Below are positions 6,857 through 10,312 of a DNA stretch of 10,312 nucleotides, piece by piece. The DNA comes from Candidatus Hermodarchaeota archaeon (GTDB lineage Archaea; Asgardarchaeota; Hermodarchaeia; Hermodarchaeales; Hermodarchaeaceae): NCBI GenBank assembly GCA_016839365.1, contig JAEOUH010000082.1:1-10312 (forward strand). Direction: 5' to 3'. Under the pieces are notes generated by a model. That model ran no database searches. It was not told the DNA's origin and was given only the letters and a program-made list of their open reading frames with translations. The first letter of the stretch is position 1; each line of letters opens with the position of its first letter. The translations under genes and the position numbers were made by a program.

Positions 6857-7996
6857 ATGCCCTCCTTTATTGATGATTTTTGCCCGTTCCATGATAATGC
6901 CTGGATTAATGCCTCCAGTATTGGCGCTATGCCCAAAGCCGCGTATGAAGCAGCACAAGAAGTAATCAAATGGAATACTAAACCCTACAAAATCAGTGAA
7001 ACCGTTTTCGCTGACATTCCTCAGAACCTCAAAATTGCCCTAGGCAAACTCATTGGTGCTCCAGCTAAAGAAATCATCCTAGGTAATAGCGCGTCATACG
7101 GATTACATCTTTGGGCTAATGGCATCCCACTCCAAAAGGGCGATGAGGTGCTCTTAGTCAAAGGAGACTTTCCTGCTACGATACTTCCATGGGTGTATCT
7201 CCGTAAGAAAGGTATTCGTGTTCATGAAATTAAACCGAAAGCTGGCTACTTACAACCCACGGATCTCCTCGACGCTCTCTCTGATTCGACACGAATCCTG
7301 TGCGCCACCTGGGTTGATTCCTTTGCAGGTTTCAAATTAGACGCGCATGCATTAGGCAAGGTATGCCAAGACCATAAGGTGCTCTTTCTCCTCAATGTTA
7401 CTCAAGGATTAGGAGCCATTCCCTTCGATGTCTCAAAGATGCCCATCGATGGCATCACCTGTAAGGGATATAAATGGTTGTGCGGTACGTACGACTCAGG
7501 TTTTGCCTGGATGAAACCTGAACACATTAACCATTTGGAATATAATCAGGCCTACTGGATACCCATGCAAGGAGACCGGGAATTAGACAAGATCCGAGAC
7601 TACCAAATCCTTACCGATCTAGGGGCAGCGCAATATGATGTCTTTGGCACGGCTAACCTGTTTAACTTCGCACCTTGGATTGAATCAGTCAAGCTCTTCC
7701 TCAAACATGGCATACATAACATCGAGAAACACAACAACCAACTCGTCAACCAGTTCATCAACGGTCTTAATACCACCAAATATGACATTTACAGCCCGCT
7801 TAAGGGAGAGGAAAGATCCGCCATAATTCTGATAAGCCATAAACAACCTGAACGCAACAAAAGCATATTCAAACTGCTCCAAGAAGAAAATGTCTTCATC
7901 TCATTCCGTGAGGGGCTCCTGCGTTTCTCCCCACATTTATACAATACACACGCAGACATCGACAAAGCACTTGACATCCTGAATGCACTTGAATAG
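6857..7996 (+). CDS. Aminotransferase class V-fold PLP-dependent enzyme (kynureninase / C-S lyase-like, not a canonical cysteine desulfurase)
   Basis: 379 aa. Motifs WINASSIG, N.SYGL, GDEV....DFP....PW, NVTQGLG, GYKWLCG (Schiff-base Lys206), GT, LRFSPHLYNT..DID. No C-terminal persulfide Cys loop. Confidence 0.9.
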   Translation: MPSFIDDFCPFHDNAWINASSIGAMPKAAYEAAQEVIKWNTKPYKISETVFADIPQNLKIALGKLIGAPAKEIILGNSASYGLHLWANGIPLQKGDEVLLVKGDFPATILPWVYLRKKGIRVHEIKPKAGYLQPTDLLDALSDSTRILCATWVDSFAGFKLDAHALGKVCQDHKVLFLLNVTQGLGAIPFDVSKMPIDGITCKGYKWLCGTYDSGFAWMKPEHINHLEYNQAYWIPMQGDRELDKIRDYQILTDLGAAQYDVFGTANLFNFAPWIESVKLFLKHGIHNIEKHNNQLVNQFINGLNTTKYDIYSPLKGEERSAIILISHKQPERNKSIFKLLQEENVFISFREGLLRFSPHLYNTHADIDKALDILNALE

Positions 7997-8000
7997 CATT

Positions 8001-8657
8001 CTAAGGAAGATTCTTCGCTTTCTTAAAATTCAGCTGATACACAAGCCAATTCCCAAATTCACTATGTAATTCAAATCCTGCCTCTTTTGCCCATCGCTTC
8101 TCCGTTTTTCTCCGGGGGTAATCCGGATCTGGAGCCAACTCGCTCAGCGAGACTAACCCATCAGGTTTGAGAATACGCCAGATTTCACGCAAAACTTTCA
8201 CCGGATCAGGGATTTCGGGAAGGCTGGCAATAGCAATCACCCGGTCAACACTTTCATCCCCAAACGAGAAGGCATGAGCGTTATCAATCTTAACTACAAT
8301 ATTGGGTATTTCTTCTTGGATGATGCGGTGCCTCAACCGTTCAATGACTTTTTCTGATATATCGACTGCGAACACTTTGCCATCAGGCAGCACGTGTTTC
8401 GCGAACTCAATGGTGTAGCTTCCTTTCCCTGGACCAATTTCGACGACCGCCATTCCTGGTTTCAGATATGCTTGGGCTGCGACCGTACTTGGTTTTTGGA
8501 CAATAAGTCGGCGCAAAGGATTATCGATCAACGAAGTAAACATTGCTGGAATGGGAAATTTCCTATAGCGACGAACAATTCGAATAAGGATGCATGAAAA
8601 GAAGATAATCAAGAGGAATCCGATTAATAACCACTGCAAAAAAAGAAACAACACCAC
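8001..8657 (-). CDS. Class I SAM-dependent methyltransferase (UbiE/Methyltransf_11/31-like) with N-terminal membrane anchor
   Basis: N-terminal hydrophobic helix followed by RIVRRYRK. Motif I VVEIGPGKG, acidic VFAVDIS, motif II SFGDESVDRV, motif III RILKPDG. The GTG start is 15 nt after the Lrp stop, so the two are probably co-transcribed. Confidence 0.9.
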   Translation of the reverse strand: MVLFLFLQWLLIGFLLIIFFSCILIRIVRRYRKFPIPAMFTSLIDNPLRRLIVQKPSTVAAQAYLKPGMAVVEIGPGKGSYTIEFAKHVLPDGKVFAVDISEKVIERLRHRIIQEEIPNIVVKIDNAHAFSFGDESVDRVIAIASLPEIPDPVKVLREIWRILKPDGLVSLSELAPDPDYPRRKTEKRWAKEAGFELHSEFGNWLVYQLNFKKAKNLP

Positions 8658-8672
8658 ACTTTGACATCCCGA

Positions 8673-9632
8673 TTATGAATCATAAAGGCCAGCCTTGCGA
8701 ACCATATCCTTAATTATCATGTAACCCATCCAAGGAAACTTAGTTTCAGAAAAGCGAACGGAAACCTTTGTGGATTTTACGAAATCGGTTGCTTTGAGTA
8801 TCTGAGCAATATTTTCTGCCTCTTGCATATTGCTTACAACAAAACTCAAGAACACAATGGGTTCATCCGCTGAGACATATGGTAACCAAAATTGGTCTGG
8901 AAACCTTTCCCGCACCCATTCGGCTACCTCAGTAATTGGCAGTTTCTTCTCATCAATGAGAGTACGAATCATCACCTGATCATAACCTCCAGCACTAAGG
9001 TTCCAACGAACCGAGAACATAACCCCCTTATCTTTGAGCTGTTCAATCGTACGCCCAACTCGGCGGGCAGTCAATCCTGAGCAGCTCGCCAACTCACTAA
9101 TCGACATCCGAGAATCATCCACGAGCCATCGTAGCACTTTGAGCTCCGTTCGACTAAATTCTCCTCCCTGCTCCTTTCCTCGGACTGGGAGCGCTTGGAC
9201 ACCACGATGATCCTTAGGAATTAAGAGAGGAAACATTTCCGTCTGAGTGACGTGTGGAAGGGTTCGTACAAACCGTCCGAGTTCTGAGAGCCCTTGGGAG
9301 CCGATATATTGGGCAAAGAAATTGTAAGCACCTCCCCCACCACTTGCAATTGTTCCAACGACATGAACCATGCCATTACTTCCGAGGCTTTGGATGAACT
9401 CCTCTTCGTCCTCCTCTCCATCTGTGTAAACCAGCCCATAGAGGACCTCAGATTTCAAATAATCAATAGACAGCATCACAGTGAAACTGGAAATTACGCC
9501 TGTATCAATTAACTTAGCCACACGCTTCTTCACTGCGTTGGCAGAGATTCCCAAAATATTCGAAAGTGTCTGATAGGACATTCGGCAGTCTTCATGTAGC
9601 TCCCAGAGAATCTTCTTGTCAATCGGATCCAT
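8673..9632 (-). CDS. Tandem-duplicated Lrp/AsnC-family winged-helix transcriptional regulator
   Basis: Two AsnC-type HTHs (MDPIDKKIL.EL..DCRMSY..L...LGIS..AV..RV.KL...GVI and FSRTELKVL..L..DSRMSISELA...GLT.R.V.R.I..L...GV), each followed by a RAM/ferredoxin-like segment. ATG 9632 has an AGGTGG SD; the ORF track starts at GTG 9641. Confidence 0.88.
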   Translation of the reverse strand: MDPIDKKILWELHEDCRMSYQTLSNILGISANAVKKRVAKLIDTGVISSFTVMLSIDYLKSEVLYGLVYTDGEEDEEEFIQSLGSNGMVHVVGTIASGGGGAYNFFAQYIGSQGLSELGRFVRTLPHVTQTEMFPLLIPKDHRGVQALPVRGKEQGGEFSRTELKVLRWLVDDSRMSISELASCSGLTARRVGRTIEQLKDKGVMFSVRWNLSAGGYDQVMIRTLIDEKKLPITEVAEWVRERFPDQFWLPYVSADEPIVFLSFVVSNMQEAENIAQILKATDFVKSTKVSVRFSETKFPWMGYMIIKDMVRKAGLYDS

Positions 9633-9750
9633 TGAATCCACCTAACCAAGAGGTGTTATTGACATTACTTCTTACTTATATTCTAGATGATTAGTGTCTA
9701 CACCCACAAACCATCCACTCACCATCAAGAACACGGAGGAAATTCAATTC

Positions 9751-10212
9751 ATGTCGAAGAACAAGGGTAAAATGTCCCAAGCTGAAATCAACCAATTCCT
9801 CACATGTGCCCCCACTGGTCGGCTGGGTCTTATCATAGATAATGAACCTTACATAGTACCTGTCGGATATGTCTACCATGAAGGAAAAATTGCCATTCAC
9901 TCTTGCACCAAGGGTAAAAAGATGGATGCCCTGAAATCCAACCCGCGAGTGTGCTTCGAAGTAGACGAAACCATTTCTGATGTCTCCATGTACAAAAGCG
10001 TCATTCTCCAAGGTACGAGTGAAATCCTTGATAAGCCTGAAACCATGATTCCCTATCTCCAGCTCCACATTGACAAATATCGAGTGCATGAGAAATTCGA
10101 ATTATATATGAAGAAGCCGGGGCGAAAACGTGATGAAGAATTACAGGCAGTCCGCATCATCCTTATTACGCCTGATAATATTAGTGGACTAAAATTTATG
10201 CGAACCATCTAA
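9751..10212 (+). CDS. Pyridoxamine 5'-phosphate oxidase-like / NimA-like flavin-nucleotide-binding split-barrel protein
   Basis: GRLG....EPYIVPV.Y.Y..G.I.IHS...GKK.D.L..NPRVCFEVD...YKSVI..G. ATG 9751 is preceded by GGAGG (9735-9739); the ORF track starts at GTG 9694. Confidence 0.88.
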   Translation: MSKNKGKMSQAEINQFLTCAPTGRLGLIIDNEPYIVPVGYVYHEGKIAIHSCTKGKKMDALKSNPRVCFEVDETISDVSMYKSVILQGTSEILDKPETMIPYLQLHIDKYRVHEKFELYMKKPGRKRDEELQAVRIILITPDNISGLKFMRTI

Positions 10213-10236
10213 GATGATAAGTTGAGTTGTTTGGAA

Positions 10237-10312
10237 ATGGTAAAAACTGAGCTCCTGTTTATGGAAGACAGCTATTTACGTGAAACAGCAACCACTGTTA
10301 TCGAAGTGGTCG
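10237..10312 (+). CDS. alaX: 5' fragment of a probable alanyl-tRNA editing protein (AlaX-type), truncated by the window edge
   Basis: Not in the ORF track. The frame from ATG 10237 reads MVKTELLFMEDSYLRETATTVIEVV, matching the typical AlaX N-terminus (T..LY..DSY..E..A.V). Only 25 codons are visible. Confidence 0.65.
   Translation, partial: MVKTELLFMEDSYLRETATTVIEVV

Noticed and set aside
6857-7996. Annotation as sufS/iscS cysteine desulfurase
   Set aside because: It has no catalytic Cys loop or stacking His, and no suf/isc genes are adjacent.
1-10312. CRISPR array, IS/transposase, rRNA/tRNA or defence system
   Set aside because: I saw no regularly spaced repeats, terminal inverted repeats with a transposase, RNA gene signatures or nuclease/ATPase defence motifs.

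Overview
This looks like archaeal chromosomal DNA, most likely from an Asgard archaeon. That assignment is inferred from TATA/BRE-like promoters, GGTGA-type Shine-Dalgarno sites, a tandem-duplicated Lrp/AsnC regulator and a membrane protein with a longin-like tail. The window holds nine complete CDSs and one 5' fragment: a 924-aa single-pass surface protein, an OFA/MCT-family MFS transporter, an Old Yellow Enzyme, a small Cys-rich protein, an AP-endonuclease-2/xylose-isomerase-like TIM barrel, a class V PLP enzyme, a membrane-anchored class I SAM methyltransferase, a double Lrp/AsnC regulator, a PNPOx/NimA-like flavin-binding protein and the start of a probable AlaX editing protein. The most interesting element is the 924-aa protein. 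It is built like a receptor: signal peptide, a sequon-rich ectodomain with a CBM-like module, one TM helix, then a cytoplasmic longin-like domain and a winged-helix-like tail. Several enzymes carry substitutions at normally conserved catalytic positions (OYE Tyr->Phe, PLP enzyme Asp->Asn, altered TIM-barrel metal site). I saw no rRNA, tRNA, CRISPR array or mobile element. All family calls come from motif recognition by eye; no database search was run.
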